Origin: Desulfobacterales bacterium
Lineage (GTDB): Bacteria; Desulfobacterota; Desulfobacteria; Desulfobacterales; SURF-7
Assembly (NCBI GenBank): GCA_041740615.1
Contig: JBGSLR010000026.1
Location: 5,165 to 69,164, forward strand
Direction: 5' to 3'
Length of the DNA: 64,000 bases
Positions 19,212 through 30,139 of the stretch are shown here, one piece after another. Made by a program: the position numbers and the translations under genes. Numbering within the stretch: the first letter of the stretch is position 1; each line of letters starts with the position of its first letter. The notes beneath the pieces were generated by a model. The model saw only the letters and a program-made list of their open reading frames with translations. It ran no database searches and was not told the DNA's origin.

Positions 19212-20357
19212 ATGAAAGCACTTTTAGCGTTGGAAGACGGCAGGACTTTCCCCTGTCGCAGCTTTACGGGAGCGGGAGAGACCACCGGCGAGGTGGTGTT
19301 CAACACCTCCATGAGCGGGTATCAGGAAGTATTGACCGATCCCTCCTATCGGGGTCAGATGGTGACCATGACCTATCCGTTGATCGGTAATTACGGGGTC
19401 AATCCGCAGGACGTGGAGTCGGACGGCATTCAAGTGGAGGCTTTCCTGGTACGGGAATATCAGGAGGGGCTAAGCAACTACCGCGCGACCGGGACGCTTG
19501 CGGATTATTTGAAAGAACAGAACGTGATGGGCGTCGATGATTTCGACACCCGCGCTCTTACGCTTCATATCCGGAATGTCGGTGCCATGCGGGCGGCTGT
19601 CTCCACTCTCGATCTCGACCCTCTTTCCCTTTCGGCCAAGGCTCGTTCCATCCCTCGTATGGCCGGTCTGGATCTGGTGCACAAGGTGACCACGCCGAAA
19701 CCGTATTTCTGGGAGGGGGAGAAAGTCCGCTTTGATCCGGACGATATCCGGTTGGACCGGCATATCTGGGGAAAGCGGGGAACCCGTTTCTCCGTGGTTG
19801 CCTTCGATTTCGGCATCAAGTACAATATCCTACGGAATCTGGAGGAGGCTGGATGTGAAATTCTCGTCGTTCCGGCCACGACGCCGCCGGAAACCGTCAA
19901 GGCCCTTGAACCGGACGGTATCTTCCTTTCCAATGGTCCGGGGGATCCGGAACCGGTAACCTACGCCATCGACACCATCCGCAACCTGATCGGTTTTCGT
20001 CCCATTTTCGGTATCTGTCTCGGCAATCAGCTTCTGGGGCTGGCCTTGGGCGGCAGGACGTTTAAACTGAAATTCGGTCACCGGGGCGCGAATCAGCCGG
20101 TGAAAAACCTGCTCACCGGGCGGGTGGAAATCACTTCCCAAAACCACGGCTTTGCGGTTGATACGGACAGCATGGTCGGGAAGGATATCGAGGTTACCCA
20201 TATCAACTTGAACGACAACACTTTTGAAGGGTTCCGACATCGCAAGCATCCGCTGTTCGCCGTGCAATACCATCCCGAGGCCTCCCCCGGTCCCCATGAC
20301 GCCGGATACCTGTTTGCCGAATTTGTCGCCATGATGAAACAACATCGTTCCCGATGA
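19212..20357 (+). CDS. carA: carbamoyl-phosphate synthase small (glutaminase) subunit
   Basis: [10 protein letters not shown]... N-terminus. The C-terminal class-I glutamine amidotransferase has GICLGNQ and the H..E triad. Trimmed from 19197. Confidence 0.9.
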   Translation: MKALLALEDGRTFPCRSFTGAGETTGEVVFNTSMSGYQEVLTDPSYRGQMVTMTYPLIGNYGVNPQDVESDGIQVEAFLVREYQEGLSNYRATGTLADYLKEQNVMGVDDFDTRALTLHIRNVGAMRAAVSTLDLDPLSLSAKARSIPRMAGLDLVHKVTTPKPYFWEGEKVRFDPDDIRLDRHIWGKRGTRFSVVAFDFGIKYNILRNLEEAGCEILVVPATTPPETVKALEPDGIFLSNGPGDPEPVTYAIDTIRNLIGFRPIFGICLGNQLLGLALGGRTFKLKFGHRGANQPVKNLLTGRVEITSQNHGFAVDTDSMVGKDIEVTHINLNDNTFEGFRHRKHPLFAVQYHPEASPGPHDAGYLFAEFVAMMKQHRSR

Positions 20358-20398
20358 GTGATCATCCGGAATCGGTCATTACCATATGAGTTGACGAT

Positions 20399-23300
20399 AT
20401 GCCGAAACGTACAGACATAAAGAAGATCATGATTATCGGCGCCGGGCCGATTATTATCAGCCAAGCCTGCGAATTCGACTATTCCGGCACCCAGGCCTGC
20501 AAGGCGTTGAAAGAAGAGGGCTACCAAGTCGTTCTGATCAACAGCAATCCGGCCACGATCATGACCGACCCGGAAATGGCCGATGCCACTTATATCGAAC
20601 CCATCACTGCCCAGGTGGTGGCCCAGATTATCGAAAAAGAGCGTCCCGACGCACTGCTGCCGACGTTGGGCGGCCAGACGGGTTTGAATACGGCTGTGGA
20701 GGTGGCCCGGATGGGGATTCTGGATCTTTTTGGAGTGGAATTGATCGGTGCCTCCATCGAGTCGATCCAGAAAGCCGAAGATCGGGAACGTTTCCGCCAC
20801 GCCATGGAAAAAATCGGCCTGCGCATCCCTAAAAGCGGCTTCGCCAAGGACATGGATGCAGTCAAGACCATTTCCGAAGACATCGGATTCCCGATTATCG
20901 TTCGCCCCAGTTTCACATTGGGAGGGACCGGCGGCGGCGTTGCCTATAACCCGGACGATCTCGAATTGTTGGCCAAATCCGGTTTGGACGCCAGCCTCAT
21001 CGGACAGGTGATGCTGGAGGAATCCGTGCTAGGGTGGAAAGAATATGAACTGGAAGTCATGCGGGATCACAACGACAACGTCGTGATTGTCTGCTCCATC
21101 GAGAACATGGACCCCATGGGAATTCATACGGGTGACAGCATTACCGTGGCGCCGGCCCAGACATTGACCGATCGGGAATATCAGAAGATGCGGGATGCGT
21201 CCATTGCCATCATGCGGGAAATTGGAGTGGATACGGGTGGCTCCAATGTTCAGTTCGCCATCAATCCCCGCGATGGAGAGATGATCGTGGTGGAAATGAA
21301 TCCGCGGGTTTCGCGAAGCAGCGCCCTGGCCTCCAAAGCGACCGGCTTTCCCATCGCCAAGATTGCCGCCAAGTTGGCGGTAGGCTATACGCTGGATGAA
21401 ATTCCAAACGATATCACCGGCGAAACCCTGGCGGCCTTTGAACCGACCCTGGATTATTGCGTGGTCAAAATCCCACGCTGGGCCTTTGAAAAATTTCCGG
21501 AGACCGCCGATTATCTGACCACTGCCATGAAATCGGTTGGTGAAACCATGGCCATCGGCCGGACGTTCAAGGAAGCGTTTCAGAAAGGCATTCGTTCGTT
21601 GGAAATCGGCCGTCATGGTCTGGGCGCCGACGGCAAAGACCTGATCGATCCGCATACGGCCTCCAAGACGGAAATCGAGCAGAAACTGACCACCCCCAAT
21701 TCCATGCGCTATTTTTATTTACGGGATGCGTTGCTGAGCGGCAGATCCATCGAAGAAATTCACGAGATGACCCGCATCGATCCCTGGTTTTTATTCCAGA
21801 TTCGGCAGATCGTCGATCTCGAGAAGGAAATGAGAGCCCACGGCGGGGAGCGGTTGCCCGTTGAGCTGTTGCGCAAGGCCAAGTCCTTCGGTTTTTCCGA
21901 TATTCAACTGGCGCATATCACCGGCGTGGATGATGAGACCATCCGGGCTCAACGTTATTCGGCCGGCATACGGCCGGTCTATAAACTGGTGGATACCTGT
22001 GCGGCTGAATTCCGCGCCGCCACGCCCTATTTTTACTCGACCTACGAAACCGAGAACGAGGCCCGGGTGACGGACCGCAAGAAGGTGATGATTCTGGGCG
22101 GCGGACCCAACCGCATCGGGCAGGGCATCGAATTCGACTACTGCTGCGTCCATGCCTCCTTCGCTCTACGGGAGGAAGGGATCGAAAGCATCATGGTCAA
22201 CAGCAATCCGGAAACGGTCAGCACGGACTACGACACCTCGGACAAGCTGTATTTCGAGCCCCTGACCAAGGAAGATGTTCTCCATATCATCGAAACGGAA
22301 AAACCAATGGGAGTCATCGTTCAGTTCGGTGGACAGACCCCGCTGAATCTATCGGTTTCATTGCATCAGGCCGGTGTCCCCATCCTTGGAACACAACCGG
22401 AGAGCATCGACCGGGCCGAAGATCGGCGGTTGTTTCAGGCCATGCTGCAAAAGCTTGGACTGAAGCAGCCCGCCAATGGAACCGCCGTGGATATATCCGA
22501 AGCAACCGTCATCGCCGAAGAAATCGGATATCCCGTCATCGTTCGTCCTTCCTATGTGCTTGGGGGCCGGGCAATGAAAATCGTCTATCAGAGAACCGAG
22601 TTGGAGAACTTCACCCGTCTGGCCATCGATGCCTCGCCGGGGCATCCGGTATTGATCGATAAGTTTCTGGAGGATGCCGTTGAGCTGGATGTGGACGCCA
22701 TTTCCGACGGCAAGATGACGATCATCGGCGGGATCATGGAGCATATCGAAGAAGCCGGAATCCATTCCGGGGATTCTGCATGCGTGTTGCCTCCCGTTCA
22801 TGTGGCGGCGGAAATGCTGTCCGAAATCGCATGGGCCACCAAAGCCATGGCCGCCGAACTGAAAGTGATCGGCCTGATGAATGTCCAGTATGCCATCAAG
22901 GACAACCAGCTGTTCGTGATCGAAGTCAACCCCAGGGCGTCGAGAACCGTACCTTTCGTCAGCAAAGCCACGGGCGTTCCCCTGGCCAAACTGGCCACCA
23001 AGGTGATGATCGGGAAAACTCTGCAGGAACTCGGATTCACCCAGGAGGTCATTCCGTCATATGTGTCCGTCAAGGAAGCCGTACTGCCCTTTGATCGCTT
23101 CCCGGGTGTGGATACGCTGTTGGGGCCGGAAATGAAATCCACCGGCGAAGTCATGGGCGTGGGGGAGGATTTCGGTTCGGCATTCGCCAAGGCGCAACTG
23201 GGCGCCCGTCAGATTCTACCCACAGGGGGCACCGTGTTCATCAGTGTCAAAAACGAGGACAAGGCGCCCATCTTGAAGGTGGCGGAGCAGTTTCGGGATA

Positions 23301-23620
23301 TGGGTTTCCGCATCATGGCCACCCGCGGGACCTCCCGCTATCTGGAGGAGCACGGTATCGAAAATGTACGGATCAACAAGGTTTCCATCGGCCGGCCCCA
23401 TGCGGTGGACGCCATCAAAAACCGTGAAATTCAATTGATCATCAATACCGGGTCCGGAGACGAGCCACGCCAGGACGGATATCTGATCCGTCGAGCGGCC
23501 CTGAAATATTTCATTCCCTACGCTACGACGGTGGCGGGCGCACGGGCCGTGTGCGAAGGCATCGCCGCGCTGAAAAACAAGAAATTGTCCGTAAAAACCA
23601 TACAGGAATATCATGCTTAG
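20399..23620 (+). CDS. carB: carbamoyl-phosphate synthase large subunit
   Basis: 1073 aa with duplicated ATP-grasp halves and a C-terminal MGS-like domain. Confidence 0.95.
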   Translation: MPKRTDIKKIMIIGAGPIIISQACEFDYSGTQACKALKEEGYQVVLINSNPATIMTDPEMADATYIEPITAQVVAQIIEKERPDALLPTLGGQTGLNTAVEVARMGILDLFGVELIGASIESIQKAEDRERFRHAMEKIGLRIPKSGFAKDMDAVKTISEDIGFPIIVRPSFTLGGTGGGVAYNPDDLELLAKSGLDASLIGQVMLEESVLGWKEYELEVMRDHNDNVVIVCSIENMDPMGIHTGDSITVAPAQTLTDREYQKMRDASIAIMREIGVDTGGSNVQFAINPRDGEMIVVEMNPRVSRSSALASKATGFPIAKIAAKLAVGYTLDEIPNDITGETLAAFEPTLDYCVVKIPRWAFEKFPETADYLTTAMKSVGETMAIGRTFKEAFQKGIRSLEIGRHGLGADGKDLIDPHTASKTEIEQKLTTPNSMRYFYLRDALLSGRSIEEIHEMTRIDPWFLFQIRQIVDLEKEMRAHGGERLPVELLRKAKSFGFSDIQLAHITGVDDETIRAQRYSAGIRPVYKLVDTCAAEFRAATPYFYSTYETENEARVTDRKKVMILGGGPNRIGQGIEFDYCCVHASFALREEGIESIMVNSNPETVSTDYDTSDKLYFEPLTKEDVLHIIETEKPMGVIVQFGGQTPLNLSVSLHQAGVPILGTQPESIDRAEDRRLFQAMLQKLGLKQPANGTAVDISEATVIAEEIGYPVIVRPSYVLGGRAMKIVYQRTELENFTRLAIDASPGHPVLIDKFLEDAVELDVDAISDGKMTIIGGIMEHIEEAGIHSGDSACVLPPVHVAAEMLSEIAWATKAMAAELKVIGLMNVQYAIKDNQLFVIEVNPRASRTVPFVSKATGVPLAKLATKVMIGKTLQELGFTQEVIPSYVSVKEAVLPFDRFPGVDTLLGPEMKSTGEVMGVGEDFGSAFAKAQLGARQILPTGGTVFISVKNEDKAPILKVAEQFRDMGFRIMATRGTSRYLEEHGIENVRINKVSIGRPHAVDAIKNREIQLIINTGSGDEPRQDGYLIRRAALKYFIPYATTVAGARAVCEGIAALKNKKLSVKTIQEYHA

Positions 23621-25037
23621 AAAGACTGTTCGTCAGAGACCGCGGGAAGCCTGCGGTATTTTCGGGATTTTCGATCATCCGGAAGCCGCCAAACTCACCT
23701 ATTTCGGACTATACGCCCTCCAGCATCGGGGGCAGGAGAGCGCAGGCATCACCGTCGCCCGTGACAAACGTATTACGGCCCACAAAGGGATGGGGCTGGT
23801 AGCGGATGTGTTCGACATGAATCATCTGGAACAGCTTCAGGGCGGCAGCGCTATCGGCCATGTACGGTATTCCACCACCGGCAGCTCGACTCTCTTGAAT
23901 GCGCAACCTTTTGTGGTCCATCATCGAGGAAAGTCCTACGCCGTCGCCCATAACGGTAACCTGGTCAACGCCCATATCCTCAAGGAAGAGCTGGAAGAAG
24001 AAGGCTCCATTTTTCAGACCACCATGGATAGCGAGGTGGCCCTCCATTTGTTCGTCAAGAACCTGAAATACGGAGGGCTGGAGGAAGCCCTCAAACGGAC
24101 GGTCCTGCGGCTTAAGGGCGCCTATTCGTTTGTGGTGTTGACCGGGAAGGGTGAGATCATCGGCATCAAGGATCCGAACGGTTTCCGTCCCCTGTGTCTC
24201 GGCAGACTGAACGGCAATTATATTCTGGCATCGGAGTCCTGCGCCCTTGATCTACTGCAGGCCGAATTTATCCGCGAATTGGATCCGGGCGAAATCGTTA
24301 TCATCTCCCAAGAGGGTGTCCGCAGCATCAACCCCCATCCGGCTGTCAAACGCGCTTTCTGTATTTTTGAATATATATATTTCGCCCGACCCGACAGCAC
24401 CTTTTTTGATAAAAATGTCTATATGGTGCGCAAGGACCATGGACGTCGCCTGGCCATGGAAGCCCCTGTGGATGCGGATTTGGTGATGCCGTTTCCGGAT
24501 TCCGGCAATTATGCGGCCCTGGGTTACAGCGAGGCCTCCGGTATACCGTTTGAAATCGGCATGATCCGAAACCACTACGTGGGACGGACCTTTATTCAGC
24601 CCACCCAAAGCATGCGAGATTTCAGCGTGCGGATCAAGTTGAATCCGGTCAAGAAACTACTGGTCGGCAAGGACATCATCATCATCGAGGACTCGATCAT
24701 TCGCGGCACCACCGCCAAGACACGGGTCAAGGCGTTGCGGGAGCTGGGCGTCAAGCGGGTGCATATGCGGATCGCATGCCCTCCCCATCGCTTCCCCTGT
24801 CATTACGGCATCGATTTTTCCACCAAGGGGGAACTGATCGCCGCCACCAAAACCGTTCCCGAGCTGCGGGATTACCTCGGGCTGGACAGCCTGCATTATC
24901 TTACCCTGGAAGGGTTGCTGGAATCCACAGGAACCGATGATCCGGAAAACAATTTCTGTAAAGCCTGTTTTGACGGATGCTACGCCGTGGATTTCGACGG
25001 CACGCTTTCGAAGGATTGCCTGGAAAAAACCTGCTGA
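23613..25037 (+). CDS. purF: amidophosphoribosyltransferase
   Basis: The propeptide precedes the catalytic CGIFGIF. The PRTase motif [13 protein letters not shown] and a 4Fe-4S Cys set are present. It overlaps carB by 8 nt. Confidence 0.9.
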   Translation: MLRKTVRQRPREACGIFGIFDHPEAAKLTYFGLYALQHRGQESAGITVARDKRITAHKGMGLVADVFDMNHLEQLQGGSAIGHVRYSTTGSSTLLNAQPFVVHHRGKSYAVAHNGNLVNAHILKEELEEEGSIFQTTMDSEVALHLFVKNLKYGGLEEALKRTVLRLKGAYSFVVLTGKGEIIGIKDPNGFRPLCLGRLNGNYILASESCALDLLQAEFIRELDPGEIVIISQEGVRSINPHPAVKRAFCIFEYIYFARPDSTFFDKNVYMVRKDHGRRLAMEAPVDADLVMPFPDSGNYAALGYSEASGIPFEIGMIRNHYVGRTFIQPTQSMRDFSVRIKLNPVKKLLVGKDIIIIEDSIIRGTTAKTRVKALRELGVKRVHMRIACPPHRFPCHYGIDFSTKGELIAATKTVPELRDYLGLDSLHYLTLEGLLESTGTDDPENNFCKACFDGCYAVDFDGTLSKDCLEKTC

Positions 25038-25052
25038 CCGAACCGGCATCCG

Positions 25053-25466
25053 TTACGGAGTGCCGCTTGTTTTGGGCGATTTGCGATAGGCCGTGCCGAC
25101 AAAAGCGGCCACGCGTCCGCCGTTTTCATCCGAGACATCGACGGCATAGGTGGCGAGCTTCCGGTTCAGGGACAATTCCGTTGCTTCGGCGATCAGGGTC
25201 CCTTCCCGTACGGCCTTGAAATAGGAGATATGGATGTTCACCGCCATGGCGTCTATCCCGTGGGAATTGGCGGCGGCGGCAAAAACCAGATCGGCCAGGG
25301 TGAAAATGACGCCCCCATGGGCGGTTCCCAAGCCGTTTCGGTGATGCTCGGCAAGGGTCAGTTCGGCGCGTGCATAGCCGGCCGCAACCGCCGTCAGACG
25401 GATGCCCACATGGTCTGCAAAACGATCCTGATCAACGACTGTTTTGATCTGCTTCATTGGTTGCAT
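25053..25466 (-). CDS. PaaI/YbgC-type hotdog-fold thioesterase
   Basis: 137 aa with NGLGTAHGGVIFTLADLVFAAAAN, the hotdog thioesterase signature. Confidence 0.7.
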   Translation of the reverse strand: MQPMKQIKTVVDQDRFADHVGIRLTAVAAGYARAELTLAEHHRNGLGTAHGGVIFTLADLVFAAAANSHGIDAMAVNIHISYFKAVREGTLIAEATELSLNRKLATYAVDVSDENGGRVAAFVGTAYRKSPKTSGTP

Positions 25467-25493
25467 GCGAATCAGGAGAATGGCGGTAAGTGA

Positions 25494-25703
25494 TCAAAAA
25501 CCACCGTTCATTCGAAGGCCCAGAAAAATTCGAAGGGCGATTAAACAGCCAATGCAAACGATGATAATTACACCGGGCGTCGTGCGCCAGGCATGATGGC
25601 CGGGCAGCCCTTGGCGTTGAAGCCGTCTGCGTTCCTGGTCGAACCAGTGACCCAAGATCAGGGCCGCCAGCAGGACGGCCAGAAATTTTGAGTAATACAA
25701 CAT
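25494..25703 (-). CDS. small two-transmembrane membrane protein (DUF2065-like, hypothetical)
   Basis: 69 aa with two hydrophobic helices. It lies just downstream of the thioesterase. Confidence 0.4.
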   Translation of the reverse strand: MLYYSKFLAVLLAALILGHWFDQERRRLQRQGLPGHHAWRTTPGVIIIVCIGCLIALRIFLGLRMNGGF

Positions 25704-25958
25704 ACCGATGACGCTGCTTTCTTGTTCAATGGAGGTGACAACCCATATCCGGTCATCTCCTAAATTCTTTTCTCAAGTCCTATCATAAATCGGCCGATAA
25801 TAACATCATCAAATCAGAATAGCGTTGTCGATTTTTCGTCAGAGCGTCTCCTGTTCGGAACCACTTCGTTTTTGGGGGAGTGGACAAAACACCTCCCGTT
25901 GCGTCAGGACGCCGTTGGTCCCATTAACCCGTCTGCATCCATGGAAGGAGGCATTCCC

Positions 25959-27368
25959 ATGTTGAACCATATCCACCAATCCCCTGTTCCATCTTCATCT
26001 GCCCAGTATCCGGAAAACAGCACGACCTTGGATCGCGGCATCCAGCAGCCCGATCGATTTTTCGCGGCAGGAGACGCTGTTTCATTGAATCCGCCGGATC
26101 CAAGTGCCGGGCTGCGGCATTTCATCAACCGGATTGAAGGGGCTCTGGGTCGAATGTTGGATCTGCGATCCATGGATGACGCCGGTCCCTATAAACCGGC
26201 GACGACACCGGCATCCCTCGCCGGTCGCTTTTTACGCGCAATTGAATCCCATCTCTTCGGCGCCGGTCAGGACAGACTTTCTGCGCCATCGGCTTTGCCC
26301 GTGTCCATGGAGAATTCGTCCGCAGCCCCTGATTCTCAAAATGAACCAGTGGCTGTCCCTTTGCCGGACACCGTCGAAACAGCGCCCGCAATCGAAGCGA
26401 CCGATTCGCCCATCCAACAGACGGATAGCGATCTTTCTCCTGCACTTCCCCAGAGCGTAGGGATGGATCATGTGGCGGAAGGGGTGGATCAAGGCTATTT
26501 GCAGACGCTCGCCGATTTTTCCGGAACGGACTATTCCCAAACGATAATGGAAGCGGTGGATCAGGCCCATGGGTTGATCAAACAGGGAATTGAGGACATC
26601 AAGGCACGGTCCAACGGTGTCGAAACCGGCAATTATTCCTACAAGGCCGCGGCGTTCGATGAAACCCGCAATATAAGTCTTACGATTCTGACCCGCGATG
26701 GGGATAAGGTGACCATCGATATCCATCAGGCCCGCGGAGCCGGTGGGAGCCAACTGGAAATGACCGGTTCGGACGGTACTTCCAAAAGCGCAGAACAGTA
26801 CAGCTACAGCGATGGACGTCTCGCCTTCAGCATCAATGGGAATCTGGATGCGGACGAAGTCACCGCCATCAGAGAACTGATCGACAATGTCGCCGGACTG
26901 GCGAAAACATTTTATTCCTCCGATTTTGAAAAAGCCCTCGGTCAGGCATCCGCCATCGGTTTTGATTCGACGGAGTTATCCGGTTTCGCCCTGGACATGG
27001 ACTACCGGCAAACGCAATACACCGCCTCGGCCGAACAATATTCCGGCGGCGGCAGGAAGCATCGTCAGGGATGGGGATCGAATGTCATCCCGGGGGATAT
27101 CGCCGACCGATTGCGACACGGAATGGATCGCACCCATCGGCTGATGAAGACTCCGGCCCTTGGCCGCCTCGAAAACCCCCGGCGGTTGATCCGTGATCTG
27201 TTCGAGGCGCTCGGGAAGCAGTTTGAAACGGCATCCGGGAATTCTTCGTCAAATCCGGGGTCGCTTGCCGGGCAATTCAAGAATGAAGTTATCGCGGATC
27301 TTTTTTCCGCCATTTCTTCCGGCACCGAATCGCCAGAAATGCTACAGAATGTCGATGCCTATGTCTGA
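25959..27368 (+). CDS. hypothetical protein (469 aa, Ser/Pro/Asp-rich N-terminal half; no recognisable domain)
   Basis: The long ORF 25872..27368 was trimmed to the ATG at 25959, preceded by GGAAGGAGG. No signal peptide and no known motif were seen. Confidence 0.5.
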   Translation: MLNHIHQSPVPSSSAQYPENSTTLDRGIQQPDRFFAAGDAVSLNPPDPSAGLRHFINRIEGALGRMLDLRSMDDAGPYKPATTPASLAGRFLRAIESHLFGAGQDRLSAPSALPVSMENSSAAPDSQNEPVAVPLPDTVETAPAIEATDSPIQQTDSDLSPALPQSVGMDHVAEGVDQGYLQTLADFSGTDYSQTIMEAVDQAHGLIKQGIEDIKARSNGVETGNYSYKAAAFDETRNISLTILTRDGDKVTIDIHQARGAGGSQLEMTGSDGTSKSAEQYSYSDGRLAFSINGNLDADEVTAIRELIDNVAGLAKTFYSSDFEKALGQASAIGFDSTELSGFALDMDYRQTQYTASAEQYSGGGRKHRQGWGSNVIPGDIADRLRHGMDRTHRLMKTPALGRLENPRRLIRDLFEALGKQFETASGNSSSNPGSLAGQFKNEVIADLFSAISSGTESPEMLQNVDAYV

Positions 27369-27417
27369 CGGCGTTTTCCCGTCGACTGCATCGCTTTGTT
27401 CCCGCCCATAAAAGCCC

Positions 27418-27446
27418 TTGACATTACCGGCGGCTACCACTATTTT
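27418..27446 (+). promoter_or_regulatory. sigma-70-like promoter for the DUF134-Mrp/NBP35 pair
   Basis: TTGACA (27418-23), a 17-nt spacer, then TATTTT (27441-46). The RBS AAAGGAG lies 6 nt before the ATG at 27481. Confidence 0.4.
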
Positions 27447-27480
27447 CGCGTTATGAGTATTTACCCATAAAGGAGAAAAT

Positions 27481-27909
27481 ATGGTACGCCCCCAGAAGGA
27501 CCGGATTGTCACATTCAATCCCAATGTCAGCTATTTCAAACCCCGCGGCATTCCCATGATCGATCTCGAGGAGGTCGCCCTGACCGTGGATGAACGCGAA
27601 GCCATCCGGCTCGCCGATCTCCAGGGGCTGGCCCACGAAGAGGCCGGTCGACAGATGGGGGTATCCAGGGCCACTTTCGGACGGATCGTCAACCGGGCGC
27701 GCCGGATTATTGCCGATGCGCTGATCAACGGCAAAGCCATCAATGTCCAGGGGGGCAACTATCGGATTGGGGACACCAAACGTATTTTCGTGTGTCAGCA
27801 TTGCGACAACCAGTGGGAAGAAGCGCAGGGCAGCGGTCATCCAGGTTGTTGCCCGGCTTGTCATGACGAAAACATTTATCGTCTCCCGCAAATGGAAGCC
27901 GGGGGATGA
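27481..27909 (+). CDS. DUF134 (UPF0251) family predicted DNA-binding protein with a C-terminal Cys-rich (CxxC...CC..C) extension
   Basis: FKPRGIP...LTVDEREAIRLADLQGL.HEEAGRQMGVSRATFGRIV..AR.IIADAL is the DUF134 signature. The C-terminal tail reads CQHCDN...HPGCCPACHDE. Confidence 0.7.
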   Translation: MVRPQKDRIVTFNPNVSYFKPRGIPMIDLEEVALTVDEREAIRLADLQGLAHEEAGRQMGVSRATFGRIVNRARRIIADALINGKAINVQGGNYRIGDTKRIFVCQHCDNQWEEAQGSGHPGCCPACHDENIYRLPQMEAGG

Positions 27910-27974
27910 ACTGGAAAAAAACCGGTGTCGATCACAGCGGTTTTTTTGATTTACGCATTAGAAAGGAAGAGAAC

Positions 27975-28811
27975 ATGAAGCAAGATGGTATCAGTATCGC
28001 GAGCAGTCCGGCGCAGGCCAAACCGGATCCGGACGCGCCGGTCAAGGAGTCGCTTGGAAAAATAAAAAACAAGTTCATTGTCATGAGCGGCAAAGGCGGT
28101 GTCGGAAAAACCAGTGTAACGGTCAATTTGGCGATGGCGCTGGCCAAAAAGGGCTTCCGGGTCGGCATCATGGATGTGGATATTCATGGTCCGGATATTC
28201 CCCGTATGCTCGGGTTGTCGGGTATGCTGGATGTGGATCAGAATCAGAAATTGGTTCCGTTGCAGTATTCGGACAAATTGGCTGCGATTTCCATTGAAAG
28301 CCTGAGCGTGAACAAGGATGACGCCATTATTTGGCGGGGTCCGGTCAAGCACTCGGCCATTCGTCAATTCATCGGCGATGTGGCCTGGGGGAATCTCGAT
28401 TTTTTATTGATCGACGCCCCCCCCGGAACCGGCGATGAACCCCTTACCGTCGCCCAGATCATCAAGGATGCCCAGGCCGTCATCGTCACGACGCCCCAGG
28501 AAGTCTCCCTGGCGGATGTCCGCAAGTCCATCAATTTTTGTCGGGTTGTCAAGATGGGCATTTTCGGACTCATCGAAAACATGAGCGGGCTGCATTGTCC
28601 CCATTGCAACCAGTTGATCGATATATTCGGTTCCGGCGGTGGAGAGCGAACTGCTCTTGAAACCGGCATTTCCTTTCTGGGGCGGGTTCCTTTTGACACC
28701 GAAATGGTCGTTTGCGGCGATGCCGGCGTTTCCTATCAGGAAAAATATGCGGACTCACCGGTTACCAAAGCCTTTGACGCCATTGCGGAAAAAATGGGCA
28801 AACTGGTTTGA
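27975..28811 (+). CDS. apbC: Mrp/NBP35 (ApbC) family Fe-S cluster carrier ATPase
   Basis: Deviant Walker A GKGGVGKTSVTVNLA, a CPHC motif and a ParA/MinD fold. The start was moved to the ATG at 27975, which has an RBS GAAAGGAAGAG. Confidence 0.85.
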   Translation: MKQDGISIASSPAQAKPDPDAPVKESLGKIKNKFIVMSGKGGVGKTSVTVNLAMALAKKGFRVGIMDVDIHGPDIPRMLGLSGMLDVDQNQKLVPLQYSDKLAAISIESLSVNKDDAIIWRGPVKHSAIRQFIGDVAWGNLDFLLIDAPPGTGDEPLTVAQIIKDAQAVIVTTPQEVSLADVRKSINFCRVVKMGIFGLIENMSGLHCPHCNQLIDIFGSGGGERTALETGISFLGRVPFDTEMVVCGDAGVSYQEKYADSPVTKAFDAIAEKMGKLV

Positions 28812-28892
28812 CGTGCGATCCGGAAGCAGGTTGAAACCACCTTGGTCCCACAAGGGGTCAGGGTGGTATTGCCGTTTATTATCATCTTATTA

Positions 28893-29031
28893 CAAGCCAT
28901 CTCAAAAAAAAATTTGAATCAAGATCGAGGCGGATTCAAGTTTCAAACCGGAGGCGTACGCTTGTATATCGAGGATTTGAAAACCGAACCCAACCAAGAG
29001 ATTGGGGCAAAAGACTTTTTTGAGATGGCTT
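28893..29031. repeat. long-range 17-bp inverted repeat enclosing about 105 nt, with inner small hairpins, in the AT-rich intergenic region upstream of pspA
   Basis: CAAGCCATCTCAAAAAA (28893-28909) is the reverse complement of TTTTTTGAGATGGCTTG (29015-29031). The inner part contains TTGAATC...GATTCAA and GTTTCAAACC / TTTGAAAACC. Confidence 0.55.
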
Positions 29032-29226
29032 GCAGTATCCTTGTCGGGAACTGGATCCATTTTACAACAAATCGAATGGTTCTTGTCGAATCGATGCCAA
29101 GGTTTTCCGCGTGTATTTTCGCAGCGTTAAAAGACGAAAATATGCGATGTGTATTCGATACAACAAACCGAAGCAAATTTTTCTAAAAAAGACATGCGAT
29201 TCCCCTGAGGCATATCCCCAAAAATC

Positions 29227-29261
29227 TTGACACCCTATTACCGTTCGCATATCCTTCGTTT
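29227..29261 (+). promoter_or_regulatory. candidate sigma-70 promoter for the pspA-like gene
   Basis: TTGACA (29227-32), a 17-nt spacer, then TATCCT. It lies about 50 nt before the ATG at 29314. Confidence 0.3.
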
Positions 29262-29313
29262 ATTAAGCGGTGTCTTCCTGATCCATATGGGCTCATCGAT
29301 GGGGGATACGAAA

Positions 29314-30105
29314 ATGGGACGGTTCGACGACTTTCTGCGAAAGCTGAACAATTTCCTGACGGATGCGGAAGAACAGCCTGAATCCAAGATCGGACCGGGT
29401 ATTCAGGAGTTGGCGGTCAGCCGGATTCAGGCGCTGCAAAATCGCTGGGAAATCCTGGAAGCCCAGGTCGGCTTGGCTGTTCAATCGCGGCATGATTTAC
29501 AGAAGCAGGTGACGGAAGCCAAAGCAGTGGAAGCAATCGGCAAGCAGGCATTGATCGCCGGCAATACCCGGAAGGCTCAAGCGGCCATGGCGCGGTATGC
29601 GGATATGCAGCAGACAATTCAGCAGATAGCGTCTCGGGCCAGGAAGGCGGATGAACAGGCCGCCGCAGCTATCACCGCTTTTTCAACGGAAGCCCGGGCG
29701 GCCCAACAGCTGGCCACAGAGGCCCGCGCCTTGGCGCAGCTTGAAAGTGTGATTGAGCTGCAGAAAAAGCATCAGGCCTTGACCATCACTCAGTCGACGA
29801 CGGTGGATGAATTCGAGGTTGCCCGGGAAGCTCTTTTGCTGAAGGCATCGGTGCAGGCAGCCGTCATGAGTCTGCAGGAAGACCAGGACACGTTGCGTGC
29901 GGAATTGACCGCCATAGGAAAAAGAGATGAAATGCTGGCCGTCGGTGAAAGGTGGCAGCGGGAAATCGAGGAGGTTGGAATGGAACGAAACAAGGCCCCG
30001 CGGTTTTCCATTTCGGCGGAGGATCCGGCCCGGCAAGCCATTACCTTCCTGGAGCAACCGCCTTTTAAAGGGATGATAGCGGATGGATCTCAGCGGAATC
30101 GATAG
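29314..30105 (+). CDS. pspA: PspA/IM30 (phage-shock protein A-like) coiled-coil protein
   Basis: The ORF was trimmed to MGRFDDFLRKLNNFL, which resembles the PspA N-terminal amphipathic helix. The rest is a long heptad-rich Ala/Gln/Glu coiled coil. RBS GGGGGA. Confidence 0.55.
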   Translation: MGRFDDFLRKLNNFLTDAEEQPESKIGPGIQELAVSRIQALQNRWEILEAQVGLAVQSRHDLQKQVTEAKAVEAIGKQALIAGNTRKAQAAMARYADMQQTIQQIASRARKADEQAAAAITAFSTEARAAQQLATEARALAQLESVIELQKKHQALTITQSTTVDEFEVAREALLLKASVQAAVMSLQEDQDTLRAELTAIGKRDEMLAVGERWQREIEEVGMERNKAPRFSISAEDPARQAITFLEQPPFKGMIADGSQRNR

Positions 30106-30139
30106 TCCTCGCCCTGAATGATTGGATTTTTAACTATTG

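Noticed and set aside
28842-29186. 114-aa ORF in the AT-rich region upstream of pspA
   Set aside because: It has no RBS and no recognisable motif. It spans a 17-bp long-range inverted repeat and poly-A/T runs. It is more plausibly non-coding regulatory sequence or RNA.
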